The notes below the pieces were generated by a model. The model saw nothing but the letters and a program-made list of their open reading frames with translations. It had not been told where the DNA came from and made no database searches. This document shows positions 23,977 through 34,443 of a stretch of DNA of 64,000 nt, piece by piece (position 1 is the stretch's first letter; each line of letters begins with the position of its first letter). The translations under genes were made by a program, and so were the position numbers. The DNA is from Opitutales bacterium (GTDB taxonomy: Bacteria; Verrucomicrobiota; Verrucomicrobiia; Opitutales; UBA2987): positions 512,001-576,000 of the forward strand of contig CBDDEL010000015.1 in NCBI GenBank assembly GCA_965226885.1. Direction: 5' to 3'.

Positions 23977-24558
23977 ATTGGCAATAAATCATAAAATTAT
24001 TCATATTGGGGAACTATACAACATATTGGGGAACTATACAACTGAACCCACAATTAATATTATCAATACTCTACCCATAAACGATTCAAAATTCTCTTCA
24101 GAGGGGTGATTGACAATGGAATGAATAATTTTCAGATACCTAATTTAATTTTTAAAATATTATTGATTAACGGATTATAAAACTAGCAGACAGTAGGGTG
24201 AAAAAAAAGGATGGACCAAGGGGGTTGCCATTATTTCCCATTTCAAACCTTCACCGGCCAGCGGTTTATTCATAATTTCTAAAGATTTCTTCTTTTCAAG
24301 TTCAACTTTTTAACAACTTGTTCACACCGGCGGTGATGATAACATTTAGGTGGATTTTCCTGCCGTGAGCAGTTGATCGAAAAAATTGCGCAACAGCCTT
24401 GTGACAAGGCATTCCAGTATAAATTCGGTTAGGGTGTTAATGGTTTCGGGATAAAACCGATACGTATTTTTCCACTAAAATTATTAACTTGGCAACCCTT
24501 GATATGGAGATTTGCAATTTTTTTTCCGCGGTTGGCTGAAGACCTTTTTCCAGGCCGC
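23977..24558. promoter_or_regulatory. dnaA upstream region, candidate oriC
   Basis: AT-rich intergenic region with only degenerate DnaA-box-like 9-mers (TTATTCATA 23997 and 24266, TTATCAATA 24060, TTGTTCACA 24318, TTTTCCACT 24468). Confidence 0.45.
24002..24041. repeat. Perfect 20-bp tandem duplication
   Basis: CATATTGGGGAACTATACAA x2. Confidence 0.95.
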
Positions 24559-25518
24559 TTAACTGCGCTTCATAAATGAAATCAGGCGGTCGTTGAACTC
24601 CTGGGCTGAATCGTGGCCGGGTGCACGCAGCGCCTGCTCCATGGTGGCCACTTCCACCAGGCGGGCAAGGTCGCGCCCCGGGCGCACCGGCAATTCGATA
24701 TGGGGCACCTTGATGCCGAGGATTTCAAAAAAATTGCGTTACAATCCAGTACGATCCTCATCCATGCCGGGCGCCCATTCGGAGAAAGTCACCACCAGGT
24801 CCACCCGTTTTTCCAGGCGTACGGCCCGTATGCCGAACAGTTCCGCCACATTTATAATGCCCAGCCCGCGGCATTCCATGTAACTGCGGTTGAGCTCCGA
24901 GCTGGTGGCCATCAGCTAGCGCTCGTTGAGCAGGCGCACGGCCACGACATCGTCTGCCACCAGGCTGTGCCCGTGTTCGAGCAGGGCCAGGGCGCACTCG
25001 CTCTTGCCAATGCCGCTGCCTCCGCGAATGAGAGTGCCGATACCTCGAACATCCATCATGGTGCCGTGGAGGGTGACTCGTGGGGCAAATTTTTCTTCCA
25101 AAAGAATAACGGCCGTGGTCGTAAAATCCCTTGAAGTCAAGGGCGAGCGCATGAGGGGAATATTGCGTTTTTTGGCGATTTCCAGCATTGGGCCGGTGGG
25201 CAGCAAATTGCGTGATACAATTATGCAGGGTATTTGGCGATCGGCCACTTCGTGCAATACCTGGTCTTGCTTTTTTTTGCTGAGATCCCGCATATAGCTC
25301 ATTTCACCGGCTCCGAATAACTGTATCCTCTTGGCTGCAAAATATTTATAATACCCGGTTAACACCAGCGAAGGGCGATTGACACTTTTGTCCCGGATGC
25401 GGCCCGACATTCCCTTTTCGCCCGTCAGAAGGCGCAGTTTGAGGATTTCCCGGAAGGAATCGTAAAATTCCTGGACGGTTATGCTGTCGATAAATTTTGG
25501 GGCTGATTTCGGAGGCAT
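24559..25518 (-). pseudogene. hprK: HPr kinase/phosphorylase with two in-frame stops
   Basis: GGSGIGKSE Walker A and LVADD. The frame continues past TAG (24916-18) as [23 protein letters not shown] and past TAA (24739-41) as ...[16 protein letters not shown] to TAA at 24559. Confidence 0.9.
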
Positions 25519-25538
25519 GGCGTTAAAGGTGGACTATG

Positions 25539-26276
25539 CTAGAGGTTGAATTTTTCGCCCAGATAAAGGCGGCGGCTCTGGGCATCGTTGAGGAGGAAGT
25601 CGCTCGAACCTTCGCACAGTACGCTGCCATCGTGCATGAGGTAGGCCCGATCCACGATTTCCAGGATTTCCCGTACGCTGTGGTCGGTTATGAGCACCCC
25701 GATGCCTTTTTTGGCGAGGGTTCCAATTATGGCCTGTACTTCGTTCACGCTGATTGGGTCGATATTGGCAAAAGGCTCATCCATGAGAAGAAAACGCGGT
25801 TTGGTGACCAGCGCCCGCGATATTTCAAGGCGGCGCTGTTCCCCCCCGCTTAGAGTATAGGCCTTCTGCCTGGCCAACGGGGTGAGGTTGAGTTCGTTCA
25901 GATGCTCTTCGACCGTCTCGGACCGCTCCCGGCGGTTCAAGGGGAGAGTTTCAGCCACTGCCCGGATATTCTCTTCAACCGTTAGTTTGGCGAATACGGA
26001 GTGTTCCTGTGGAAGATAGCCGATGCCCATGCGAGCTCGTTTATACATCGGGACGCGGGTAATATCACGCCCATCTAGCCACACCGCTCCACCCGTGGAT
26101 TCGAGCAAGCCGACAATGATGTAAAACGAGGTCGTCTTGCCAGCGCCATTGGGCCCCAGCAAACCGACCACTTCGCCGCTCTTCACTTCCAGATCGACTT
26201 TATTGAGGACGCGCCGACGGCCAAAATCTTTAATCAGACCTTCCGCATTAATGGTTGCTACACCGTTTTCCATCAT
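25539..26276 (-). CDS. lptB: LPS export ABC transporter ATPase
   Basis: GPNGAGKT, GYLPQE, LSGGEQRRLE, ITDH, YLG terminus. Confidence 0.95.
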   Translation of the reverse strand: MMENGVATINAEGLIKDFGRRRVLNKVDLEVKSGEVVGLLGPNGAGKTTSFYIIVGLLESTGGAVWLDGRDITRVPMYKRARMGIGYLPQEHSVFAKLTVEENIRAVAETLPLNRRERSETVEEHLNELNLTPLARQKAYTLSGGEQRRLEISRALVTKPRFLLMDEPFANIDPISVNEVQAIIGTLAKKGIGVLITDHSVREILEIVDRAYLMHDGSVLCEGSSDFLLNDAQSRRLYLGEKFNL

Positions 26277-26902
26277 TCACCCACCGCTTCTTTGTTTTCC
26301 TTTTCCTCTACCTCTTCGAACCCAAGATCGGGCAAGGCGCCACCGCCCAATGTTATGGTGGGCCGCTCTCTATCGGCCTCGCTCGCCTGCTTATCGGGAT
26401 TTGGAAGCACAGTAACCTGGCGTTCGCCCTTGTTCAAAACGATTTGCCACCCGGATATTTCAGTTTCACCGTCAACGACTCGGGGTGAGTCACTGAGAAC
26501 GACCTTGCCTTCCCTGGGCAGGACTTCCGCCCGCCCGGCGTAGGCGATGCGCCCGGTCTGGAATATTTCAACATTTCCGGTGGCCACAATACTTTCGATG
26601 GCTCCTATCTCTCCTACCGTTGCGTCGGGATCGTTTTCCTGGTTTTCACGCAGGGCGATAATTTCCATGCGGTCGCTTTTAACGACCAGGTTGGTTGCCT
26701 CCACCTGGACGTTTTGATCGAAGTAAAAATAATTCTTATCCTCTGTGCTTTTCATCTGCAAATGATCGCTGACAATCACGGTGGTTTCTGCCGGTTGAGC
26801 GGATTCCTCGGCCCCGGGTAAAGACAGCGGCAACAGTAACAAGGCAAAAATCAGCGCGAAGGACGGCTTGATCGAGAGAACGTTCATAAAATTCCCCCTC
26901 AC
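26273..26902 (-). CDS. LptA/OstA family periplasmic protein
   Basis: Signal peptide, IVATGNVEI, position between lptC-like gene and lptB. Confidence 0.75.
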   Translation of the reverse strand: MRGNFMNVLSIKPSFALIFALLLLPLSLPGAEESAQPAETTVIVSDHLQMKSTEDKNYFYFDQNVQVEATNLVVKSDRMEIIALRENQENDPDATVGEIGAIESIVATGNVEIFQTGRIAYAGRAEVLPREGKVVLSDSPRVVDGETEISGWQIVLNKGERQVTVLPNPDKQASEADRERPTITLGGGALPDLGFEEVEEKENKEAVGE

Positions 26903-27423
26903 TTCAGAATCCCCGCCAATCCTTGCCGGAAAGACACGCGCACATTTTTATCGACGGTGATGGTACGGGAGCCGCCCGTCCATTTCCAATCCTCCCCCTC
27001 GATCTGAAACTGATTGCCGGTAATTTTAATTTCCGACTTCCCCAAGGCCTGGCTTTGGCTGACCAGCATGGTGGCGGCAGGGCTTTCTATGGTGGTGTGG
27101 ACTTTAAGGTCCGCCTTGCCGGAAAAAAGACGCAGTTCCATGCCGACTACATCAATCCTTTCATCATTGACATAGCGCCCCTCGCGCCCACGCAGCTCCC
27201 AGATTTTATAACCATTTTGGCCGAACATAGGGAGCTTGAAATCAAGAACCGGCGCATCCGGCGCCAGACGGGCCTCCAAAACATTCACGCCAACCGGAGA
27301 ATGAGGGAAAATCAAAACCGAAATGGCCATGAGGAATGTATAGAAAAATACATAACACTCGTGCCCATGACGACTGGAAGCATCCTTCAAACCCTGGAAT
27401 TCATCTCCGCTTTCTATCGCCAT
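26899..27423 (-). CDS. LptC-like protein
   Basis: N-terminal anchor, beta-rich sequence, lpt operon position. Confidence 0.65.
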   Translation of the reverse strand: MAIESGDEFQGLKDASSRHGHECYVFFYTFLMAISVLIFPHSPVGVNVLEARLAPDAPVLDFKLPMFGQNGYKIWELRGREGRYVNDERIDVVGMELRLFSGKADLKVHTTIESPAATMLVSQSQALGKSEIKITGNQFQIEGEDWKWTGGSRTITVDKNVRVSFRQGLAGILK

Positions 27424-27555
27424 ATTTTCAGCCTAGGAAATTCAGGGGCAGTGATTCAATGAATAAAAAATAATTTGCGCCTTTCCCGGCAACAATCACC
27501 GCCTAATCGAATCCATCCGACCATGCCCCGTTAATGAAAGATTAATTGCAATTTT

Positions 27556-28809
27556 TCAAGTTCGACAGGATTGAGACTCAGGCCGATCCGCTTCCAGCGC
27601 ATCGCAGAATTGGTTGCAGAGGGTTTGTTTAGTGAATTCCTGCTGGATGGCGGCTTGGCCGCGTTGGCCGATTGCGGCCAATTCGTCCGGTTTCATTTCT
27701 AGGCAATGGTTGAGGATTTTGACGAATTTACCTACATCGGAGTGGTTGACGTGCCATCCGCAGTCGTGCCGCTGGAGGATGTCGGCGATGTGGCTGGGTT
27801 TGGGACCGAGATAGAGAAATGGTTTGCCCAGGGCCATAGCCCCGTAAAATTTGCAGGGATGGTTGCAACCGGTCATGCGTTTACCCAGGGCGACCAGGTG
27901 CAGGTCCGCTGCGGATAGTGAATATTTGATCCGGTCCAGAGGTTGGTAGGGTAAGGAAATGACATTGGGCGGATTATTGTGGGCGATGAAATTATCGATG
28001 TCTGTTTTCCCGTTTCCGCCGCCAATAAAGAAAAATACCGCCTTGGGATTATCGAGATAATGTCGGGACGCTTCCAGAAAGGTGGTCAATGGATGGCATA
28101 GGCTGTGGTTCCCGCTGTACATGACGACGAATTTACCCTCCAGTCCATATTTCTGGCGAAAGGGATTTTCACTGTGAGGAATAGCATTTAAATGCTCATT
28201 GAGGGGCCAGGTCGGAATGATGGAGAGTCGGCCCTTGGGCCGGATTTTTCGGGTCAATCGTTCCTTCATGAAACGGTCGAGCGCGATAACGTCGTCCGCG
28301 TTGGAGAGGATGCGGCGGTTGAGCCAGTCAAATAGCTTCACCGGCAAACTGTCGGGTTTGAACATACACATTTGCACGGCCTGGTCCGGGTTCAGGTCCA
28401 GAACCCACCATTTGATGGAAACGGCTCGAAAAAGGCGGATCAAAAGCGCCGTCGCACTGCCCATGGGCGGTGAGGTGGTAACTAGTACGGCTCGCAGGTT
28501 TTTGAGAAACAAGCCGCTAAAAAAGCATTGTTTTAAAAACAAAACCTGTCCCAGCAACCGAAGCGGAATGCTCTTTTTACCGAAGGATGAAAATGGAAAC
28601 CGTCGTATTTCAACACCGTTGAGAACTTCCCGTGAAGGAAATTTACGGGCGGGATCATCGTAGCCGCAGTTGGCTGTGTAAACCTTTACCCTCCAGCCTC
28701 TTAGTGCCATTTCCATGGCAACGTCCGCGATATACTGGCCACCGCCCGCAGGATCGGGTAAATACACCTGCGTGATGACCAGAAGGGTTTTGGGCGTTTG
28801 CTTGCTCAT
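27556..28809 (-). CDS. Glycosyltransferase family 4 (WcaI-like)
   Basis: TQVYLPD, TTSPP, VMYSGN, PCKFYGAMA. Confidence 0.88.
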   Translation of the reverse strand: MSKQTPKTLLVITQVYLPDPAGGGQYIADVAMEMALRGWRVKVYTANCGYDDPARKFPSREVLNGVEIRRFPFSSFGKKSIPLRLLGQVLFLKQCFFSGLFLKNLRAVLVTTSPPMGSATALLIRLFRAVSIKWWVLDLNPDQAVQMCMFKPDSLPVKLFDWLNRRILSNADDVIALDRFMKERLTRKIRPKGRLSIIPTWPLNEHLNAIPHSENPFRQKYGLEGKFVVMYSGNHSLCHPLTTFLEASRHYLDNPKAVFFFIGGGNGKTDIDNFIAHNNPPNVISLPYQPLDRIKYSLSAADLHLVALGKRMTGCNHPCKFYGAMALGKPFLYLGPKPSHIADILQRHDCGWHVNHSDVGKFVKILNHCLEMKPDELAAIGQRGQAAIQQEFTKQTLCNQFCDALEADRPESQSCRT

Positions 28810-29016
28810 GGTATCTTCAACTTTTCCATCGAATCGAATGGAAGGTTGCTGGTTTAAAGCATTTTGAGCAATCCGAATCCGGCAAATAGACCCGCCTAGG
28901 CCACAAATAAAGTATTGGACGAGAGGGAGAAAAATCTTTAGCCTCGCCTCCTTTTCAAATTAAAGAAGCTATTTATAGCTGCTAAAATCAGTCAAAAGGA
29001 CATAGAAAACAACTGA

Positions 29017-29530
29017 ATGGAACGCCTCCATTCATACTGGAGAATGGAGTATGTCAAAGCCCCCAAGGAAGACGAGGGCTTCCAAGACCTGTTCTCAACA
29101 CTGCATCAAACCGAAAATGACAAGGACGCTCTCATTCTATGGCGAAGTTCGTTCAATTATTTGGTGCTCAACAAGTTTCCCTATAATCCCGGGCATTTGC
29201 TGGCCGTCCCCTATCGGAGCGCGGCCAATCTCGATGATTTAAGCGAAGAGGAGAGCAGCGACCTCATGGGCACAATTACAAAAGGCAAGCAAATCGTAGA
29301 AAAAGCCTTCCAGCCGGACGGTTTCAATATCGGCTTCAATTTCGGCTGTGCGGCCGGCGCCGGCATAACCACCCGGCTGTGCGGCCGGCGCCGGCATAAC
29401 CACCCATTTGCATTGCCACATCGTTCCACGCTGGGGTGGGGACACCAATTTCATGCCGGTGATCGGGGAAACCCGCGTCCTCCCCCAGGCATTGATCGAA
29501 ACCTGGGAAATCCTAAAAAAACATTGTTGA
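29017..29530 (+). pseudogene. HIT-family nucleotide hydrolase frameshifted by a 31-bp duplication
   Basis: LNKFPYNPGH and GFNIGFN motifs. Deleting one copy of the repeat at 29343-29404 restores [27 protein letters not shown] to TGA at 29530. Confidence 0.9.
29343..29404. repeat. Perfect 31-bp tandem duplication
   Basis: CGGCTGTGCGGCCGGCGCCGGCATAACCACC x2. Confidence 0.95.
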
Positions 29531-29596
29531 TATTCTACCCTGCAAAAACCTTCGTCCACCGCCCTATGGATGGGCGAAAGAGCATTGCCTGAAATT

Positions 29597-30592
29597 ATGC
29601 CCGAAAAGACTTTTCAATTTCCACACCCGCGCCTTTTACACGATCTCTACTGTGGCGTGTGGCGTGGCAAGGAAGAAAACCTGGCGGAAGTGGAAAAAGC
29701 CCTCTCCGTCAAATTGGTCACGCGGGAGGATTGGCTGCAGGTGGAGGGCGATGAAGAAGCCATCGATAAAGTGGAGGCTCTTTTTAACAACCTACGCCAT
29801 GGCCGCTCCCACGGGATGGTGGTCAACAACACGGATTTCCAGAATTTATTACGGGCGGTGGCCAACGGGAACTGTAAGCAAATAGTGAGCCTTTACGAAA
29901 AGCCGCTCGTTATTCAGGTTAAAAACCGCAGCATCGTGCCCCGCTCGATCAACCAGAAAAAGTATCTGCAAGCCATCGGTAAAAAAGATGTCGTATTCGG
30001 CATCGGACCGGCCGGCACCGGCAAAACCTATCTAGCCATGGCAATGGCAATCAAGGCCCTCCTGAAAGAGGAAGTAGATAAAGTGATTCTGACTCGGCCG
30101 GCGGTCGAAGCGGGTGAAGCCCTCGGTTTTTTGCCCGGCGACCTGATGGAAAAGATCGAGCCTTACCTGCGGCCGCTTTACGATGCTATGTACGATATTT
30201 TGGGCCGCGAGAGGTCGGTAAAATTGATGGAGCGGGAGATCATCGAAATAGCCCCTCTGGCCTATATGCGGGGCCGCACCTTATCGAACGCTTTCATCAT
30301 ATTGGATGAAGCCCAGAATACCACGCCCGAACAGATGATGATGTTCCTGACTCGCATGGGTGATGGCAGCCGGATGGTCATCACCGGGGACATCACCCAG
30401 GTGGACCTGCCTTCACGCATCAGTTCGGGTCTTAATCAGGCTATCAGGGTATTGAATGGGGTTAAGGACATCTCATTTGTCTATCTCGAGTGTCAGGATG
30501 TGGTGCGGCATCACATCGTCCAAAATATCATCGAGGCCTACCAGCGTTTCACGGACCAAAGAGAACGAAAAAGCAGGCAGGAGGCCAAATAA
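29597..30592 (+). CDS. phoH: PhoH family ATPase
   Basis: GPAGTGKT, RPAVEAGE, MRGRTL, DEAQN, GDITQVDL. Confidence 0.93.
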   Translation: MPEKTFQFPHPRLLHDLYCGVWRGKEENLAEVEKALSVKLVTREDWLQVEGDEEAIDKVEALFNNLRHGRSHGMVVNNTDFQNLLRAVANGNCKQIVSLYEKPLVIQVKNRSIVPRSINQKKYLQAIGKKDVVFGIGPAGTGKTYLAMAMAIKALLKEEVDKVILTRPAVEAGEALGFLPGDLMEKIEPYLRPLYDAMYDILGRERSVKLMEREIIEIAPLAYMRGRTLSNAFIILDEAQNTTPEQMMMFLTRMGDGSRMVITGDITQVDLPSRISSGLNQAIRVLNGVKDISFVYLECQDVVRHHIVQNIIEAYQRFTDQRERKSRQEAK

Positions 30593-30637
30593 AAGGCAAA
30601 GGCCTAATATCTGATTTAATAAATCGAATATCCCGCC

Positions 30638-33151
30638 ATGGGAATACTTAAGAAGTCAAAAAAGGAGAAATCCTCCGCCACCCGCCGGAAAAGGAAAAAC
30701 GGGCAGGAAACCATTGTCCGGCAATTGCTGAACCCCGGTCGGATGCTTTTCGTATTTTCCTTTTTGGGGTTAACCGCGCTGGTTGCCTCAATCGGTTTCG
30801 TTGGCTTGTCTCCAGCGGGGCCCAACATCCTGCCCAATCAGGTGACGAAAATCCGGGTCGTGGCGGAGGTTCCGTTTTCCTACCAAAGCAAAATTTTAAC
30901 CGACCAACTGATTGAAGAACGGCGCAGACGCTTGCCCCCGGTTTACAGGCTCAGCCTGGTTTCTTATCAGCGGTTCGAAAATTACGTGAGCAGACTACAG
31001 GAAGCCTTCGTCGATCTGGAAAAAAAGATCAAGGCGGTGGATACGGCGGAAAGAGTGGGCCTGATCCGGAGTTTTGCCAATGAGTTCGAATTGGGTTCCG
31101 GCTACAATCTGAATAGCGAAAACGTGGCCCTTATCCTCAATGAAATCGATACCCGGCTACGACCGCGTATGATTGATGAAGGGCTCATGATTTTGCATCA
31201 AATTTACCGCGAAGGCGTTTACGACTCCAATAATGAGGATATCCCCATCGGGTCGGATAGTTTGATCCGATTGAATATTTTCAACGAAACGGGTGAACTT
31301 ACCCCTGTCAACGTGCAGTCGGAAGAGGATGCCCTGAGGTTTTTGCGCATCAATATGTCGGCCCTGGAGATTCCCCGTGAAGCGTCGGCGGCACTTTTCC
31401 ATATAATGCGAAACGGCCTCGCCCCGAACCTGGAATTCGATCCGGTGAAAACCGAAGATAAGCGCCGCCAGGTGGAAAACGAAATCGCCCCCGTGGTTGT
31501 CAAGGTGGCCGAGGGGCATACCATTATCGAGCCGAACACCAAGGTGCGAGCGCTGGAGTTGGAACAACTGAACGCCTACCGCGAAAGCCTCAAAAACAAC
31601 GAGGACCGGGCGCTAGGCGTCGATCCGCTTTTTTGGGAGCGGGTTTTAATGACCATCGTGATTCTCGTATCCGCCGCCATCTATATAAAAATCGGAAGCC
31701 GCCAATTGCGCCGGCATAAACAGCGCGTTCTCCTCTCGGTAACGGTTCTGCTGTTGAACCTGCTTTTTCTCCGGTTGGTTATCGAACTGGACTTTCTGTC
31801 TGCCACCAAGCCCTCCCTGACCGCGCTTCTGCCCTTTATTGCTCCGACGGCGCTGGGTCCCATCCTGACCGCGGTTCTCATCGGAACCGGTCCCGGGATA
31901 TTCCTGGCCGTTCTCATAAGCCTGTTTTATGCCATCATGCAGGGTAATTCGATGTCCCTGTTGCTGGTCAGTTTCCTCTCCTCATTGCTCGGGATCTATT
32001 ATTGCCACAATGTCACGGTGCGTTCCCGGGTGGTTCAGGCCGGCGCTTTGTCGGGACTTTGCATGGCTGTCTGCGGTATTTTTATAGGGCTACATGCCGC
32101 CCTTGATTTGGGAGTCATACTGCAACAGATGGCGGCTGCCTTGGTGGTGGGCGCAGTAACCGGGGTCGCCGTGCTAGGCCTCCTACCGTTTTTTGAAAAC
32201 CTTTTCAAGTTCACGACAAACATTTCCCTCCTCGAATTGACGGACTTCAACCACCCGCTGCTGCGTCGCATGCAGGTGTCGGCACCCGGCAGCTACCATC
32301 ACAGCCTCATGGTGGCCAATCTTTCCGAAAATGCCGCCGCGGAAATAGGGGCCAATCCCCTGATTTGCAGGGTTAGTGCTCTGTTTCATGACATCGGCAA
32401 AATCCAGAAACCGGAATACTTTACCGAAAACCAGCGCGAAGGGCATAATCCGCACCACCAGCGCAATCCATCCATGAGCGCCTTGGTGATCAAAAGCCAC
32501 GTTAAAGAGGGGGTACAACTGGCGCGCCAATACAAGCTGCCCGAAACGATTATCGACGTCATCAAGGAGCATCACGGAACCACCCTCATTCAATATTTTT
32601 ATTACAAGGCTCTGAAACAGAAAAAAGCCGGCAACACCCTCAGTATTTTTCCCGACGCGCCGCGGGTGGAAATCGATAAAGTCAACGAGAGCACTTATCG
32701 CTACGACGGCCCCAAACCGCAATTCAAAGAAAGCGCAGTCATCTTTTTCGCCGATTCCATTGAAGCGGCCAGCCGCTGCCTGCCCAAAGTCACCCCCCAG
32801 TCCATTGATGAACTGCTTGACCGTATTTTCCAGTCGCGTCTTGATGACGGGCAGCTATCCGAATGCGCTCTAACCTTCGAGGAGGTTGGAAAAATCAAAA
32901 GAAGCTTCTGCTTCACGCTTTTAAACATGCTGCATTCGCGGGTCGAGTATCCCAGCCGTGAAGAGCAGCAAAAAGCCGTCGGCATGGCCGAGGCCAAATC
33001 CGCCAAAGCGGGAAGAAAAACCAGCCCTCAAAGAAAAAATGGCAAAGGCAAAAGCCCAGCCCTCGAACCAGCGCCCGACACATCCGAAACGGCCGCCACT
33101 CATGCCGCCCAAGAAAAAACAGCGCCCCATACTGGCAGTCAATCGGTCTGA
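30638..33151 (+). CDS. 7TM-HD phosphohydrolase (PgpH-like)
   Basis: Extracellular domain, about 7 TM helices, APGSYHHS, HDIGK, HHGTT, ADSIEAA; phoH-X-ybeY context. Confidence 0.88.
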   Translation: MGILKKSKKEKSSATRRKRKNGQETIVRQLLNPGRMLFVFSFLGLTALVASIGFVGLSPAGPNILPNQVTKIRVVAEVPFSYQSKILTDQLIEERRRRLPPVYRLSLVSYQRFENYVSRLQEAFVDLEKKIKAVDTAERVGLIRSFANEFELGSGYNLNSENVALILNEIDTRLRPRMIDEGLMILHQIYREGVYDSNNEDIPIGSDSLIRLNIFNETGELTPVNVQSEEDALRFLRINMSALEIPREASAALFHIMRNGLAPNLEFDPVKTEDKRRQVENEIAPVVVKVAEGHTIIEPNTKVRALELEQLNAYRESLKNNEDRALGVDPLFWERVLMTIVILVSAAIYIKIGSRQLRRHKQRVLLSVTVLLLNLLFLRLVIELDFLSATKPSLTALLPFIAPTALGPILTAVLIGTGPGIFLAVLISLFYAIMQGNSMSLLLVSFLSSLLGIYYCHNVTVRSRVVQAGALSGLCMAVCGIFIGLHAALDLGVILQQMAAALVVGAVTGVAVLGLLPFFENLFKFTTNISLLELTDFNHPLLRRMQVSAPGSYHHSLMVANLSENAAAEIGANPLICRVSALFHDIGKIQKPEYFTENQREGHNPHHQRNPSMSALVIKSHVKEGVQLARQYKLPETIIDVIKEHHGTTLIQYFYYKALKQKKAGNTLSIFPDAPRVEIDKVNESTYRYDGPKPQFKESAVIFFADSIEAASRCLPKVTPQSIDELLDRIFQSRLDDGQLSECALTFEEVGKIKRSFCFTLLNMLHSRVEYPSREEQQKAVGMAEAKSAKAGRKTSPQRKNGKGKSPALEPAPDTSETAATHAAQEKTAPHTGSQSV

Positions 33152-33578
33152 ACGACTGCAGTACCGGCTGGCGGAAATCCGGGCCCTCTTTCAATTTCTG
33201 GACAGAATCCGCCCCCATGCCGTGGCTGCCGGAGAACTGTCCATCGTCTTCATGGATGAAGGCGAGCACACAGAATTGCACCACAATTTCATGGATGATG
33301 AAACCCCCACCGATGTCATCACCTTTCCGGGCGATCTGGGCATGGAATTTGCCGGAGAAATCTGTGTATCCGTGGATTTTGCGGCATCCTCAGCCATAGA
33401 AAGGAATCTCCCCGTGGCGCGTGAACTCACACTTTATCTCGTTCACGGCTGGCTCCACCTGGCCGGTTTCGGAGACGCCACCAAAGAGGAGCGCCGCCAG
33501 ATGCGAGCCGAGGAAACCCGCCTACTAAAAGCCATCGAGGCTGCTGGCCAACAACTCCATGTCTCGGTGTCTTATTGA
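33102..33578 (+). CDS. ybeY: rRNA maturation RNase YbeY
   Basis: PTDVITF, GEICVS, VHGWLHLAG; start inferred at ATG 33102. Confidence 0.88.
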   Translation: MPPKKKQRPILAVNRSERLQYRLAEIRALFQFLDRIRPHAVAAGELSIVFMDEGEHTELHHNFMDDETPTDVITFPGDLGMEFAGEICVSVDFAASSAIERNLPVARELTLYLVHGWLHLAGFGDATKEERRQMRAEETRLLKAIEAAGQQLHVSVSY

Positions 33579-33691
33579 GATGCTGGTTGGGGATGGAAGA
33601 CGGCAAAATGTGCTTGTGAAGAGGAGAGTTAGATGGCATATTCGAGCATAGGGACTTTGGGCGGATTCACCGCCGAGCGGGCCTTTATGTC

Positions 33692-34417
33692 ATGATTAAA
33701 TCATTACGCAACGCTTTCATTTCCGGGCTATTGCTGCTCACTCCGGTTGCCGTCACCATACTGGTTATCAATGTCTTGGTTGATTCCATCGGCACCCCGG
33801 CCAGGGATTTGTTTTTCCCCTTCCTGAAGGACTATATGGTGGGCAATCCTTGGTTTGCCGGAACCGTCAGCATCATTTCGGCATTTATCGTTCTCATTTT
33901 GATTACCGTAGTGGGATGGTTCTCCCAGCTTTTAATCGGTCGTTACGTGGTCAGGGCAATCGAAAGATTTTTGGATAATGTTCCGTTCATCCGAACGGTT
34001 TACAACACCGTTAAGCAAATTATCGACACCTTCAGTTCCCAGAACAAAGCGGTTTTTCAAAAAGTGGTGCTGTTGCAGTTTTTTCGCGAAGACGTTTACG
34101 CTCTGGGCTTTTTGACCGGGACCGGTAAGGAGGAGATTCGGGCCAGGGTGGGCCGGGAGGTGTATAACATATTCGTCCCAACCACTCCCAATCCCACCAG
34201 CGGATTCCTCGTCATGGTGCCCAAGGAAAAAGTCATTCTCATGGATATGCCGGTTGCCGACGGCATGAAATTGATCATTTCCGGCGGCGCCGTTGTTCCC
34301 GTCTATAACAAGAAAACGGGGCAAACGGAAAATGTAGAAGTTCAGAATCCAACGGCAGCGGCCGCACCCGCAGTGGAAAGCGCCGTAAATGTTTCAACCG
34401 CCTCCGCCTCAGGCTAA
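33692..34417 (+). CDS. DUF502 membrane protein
   Basis: FVPTTPNPTSGF and IISGG motifs. Confidence 0.9.
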   Translation: MIKSLRNAFISGLLLLTPVAVTILVINVLVDSIGTPARDLFFPFLKDYMVGNPWFAGTVSIISAFIVLILITVVGWFSQLLIGRYVVRAIERFLDNVPFIRTVYNTVKQIIDTFSSQNKAVFQKVVLLQFFREDVYALGFLTGTGKEEIRARVGREVYNIFVPTTPNPTSGFLVMVPKEKVILMDMPVADGMKLIISGGAVVPVYNKKTGQTENVEVQNPTAAAAPAVESAVNVSTASASG

Positions 34418-34443
34418 GCGATTAAATAGGTATATATATAAAA

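Noticed and set aside
24739..24918. Stop-codon reassignment (TAG/TAA read as Glu) in hprK
   Set aside because: TAA and TAG terminate many intact genes in this window, and no other core gene has internal stops. Pseudogenisation is simpler.
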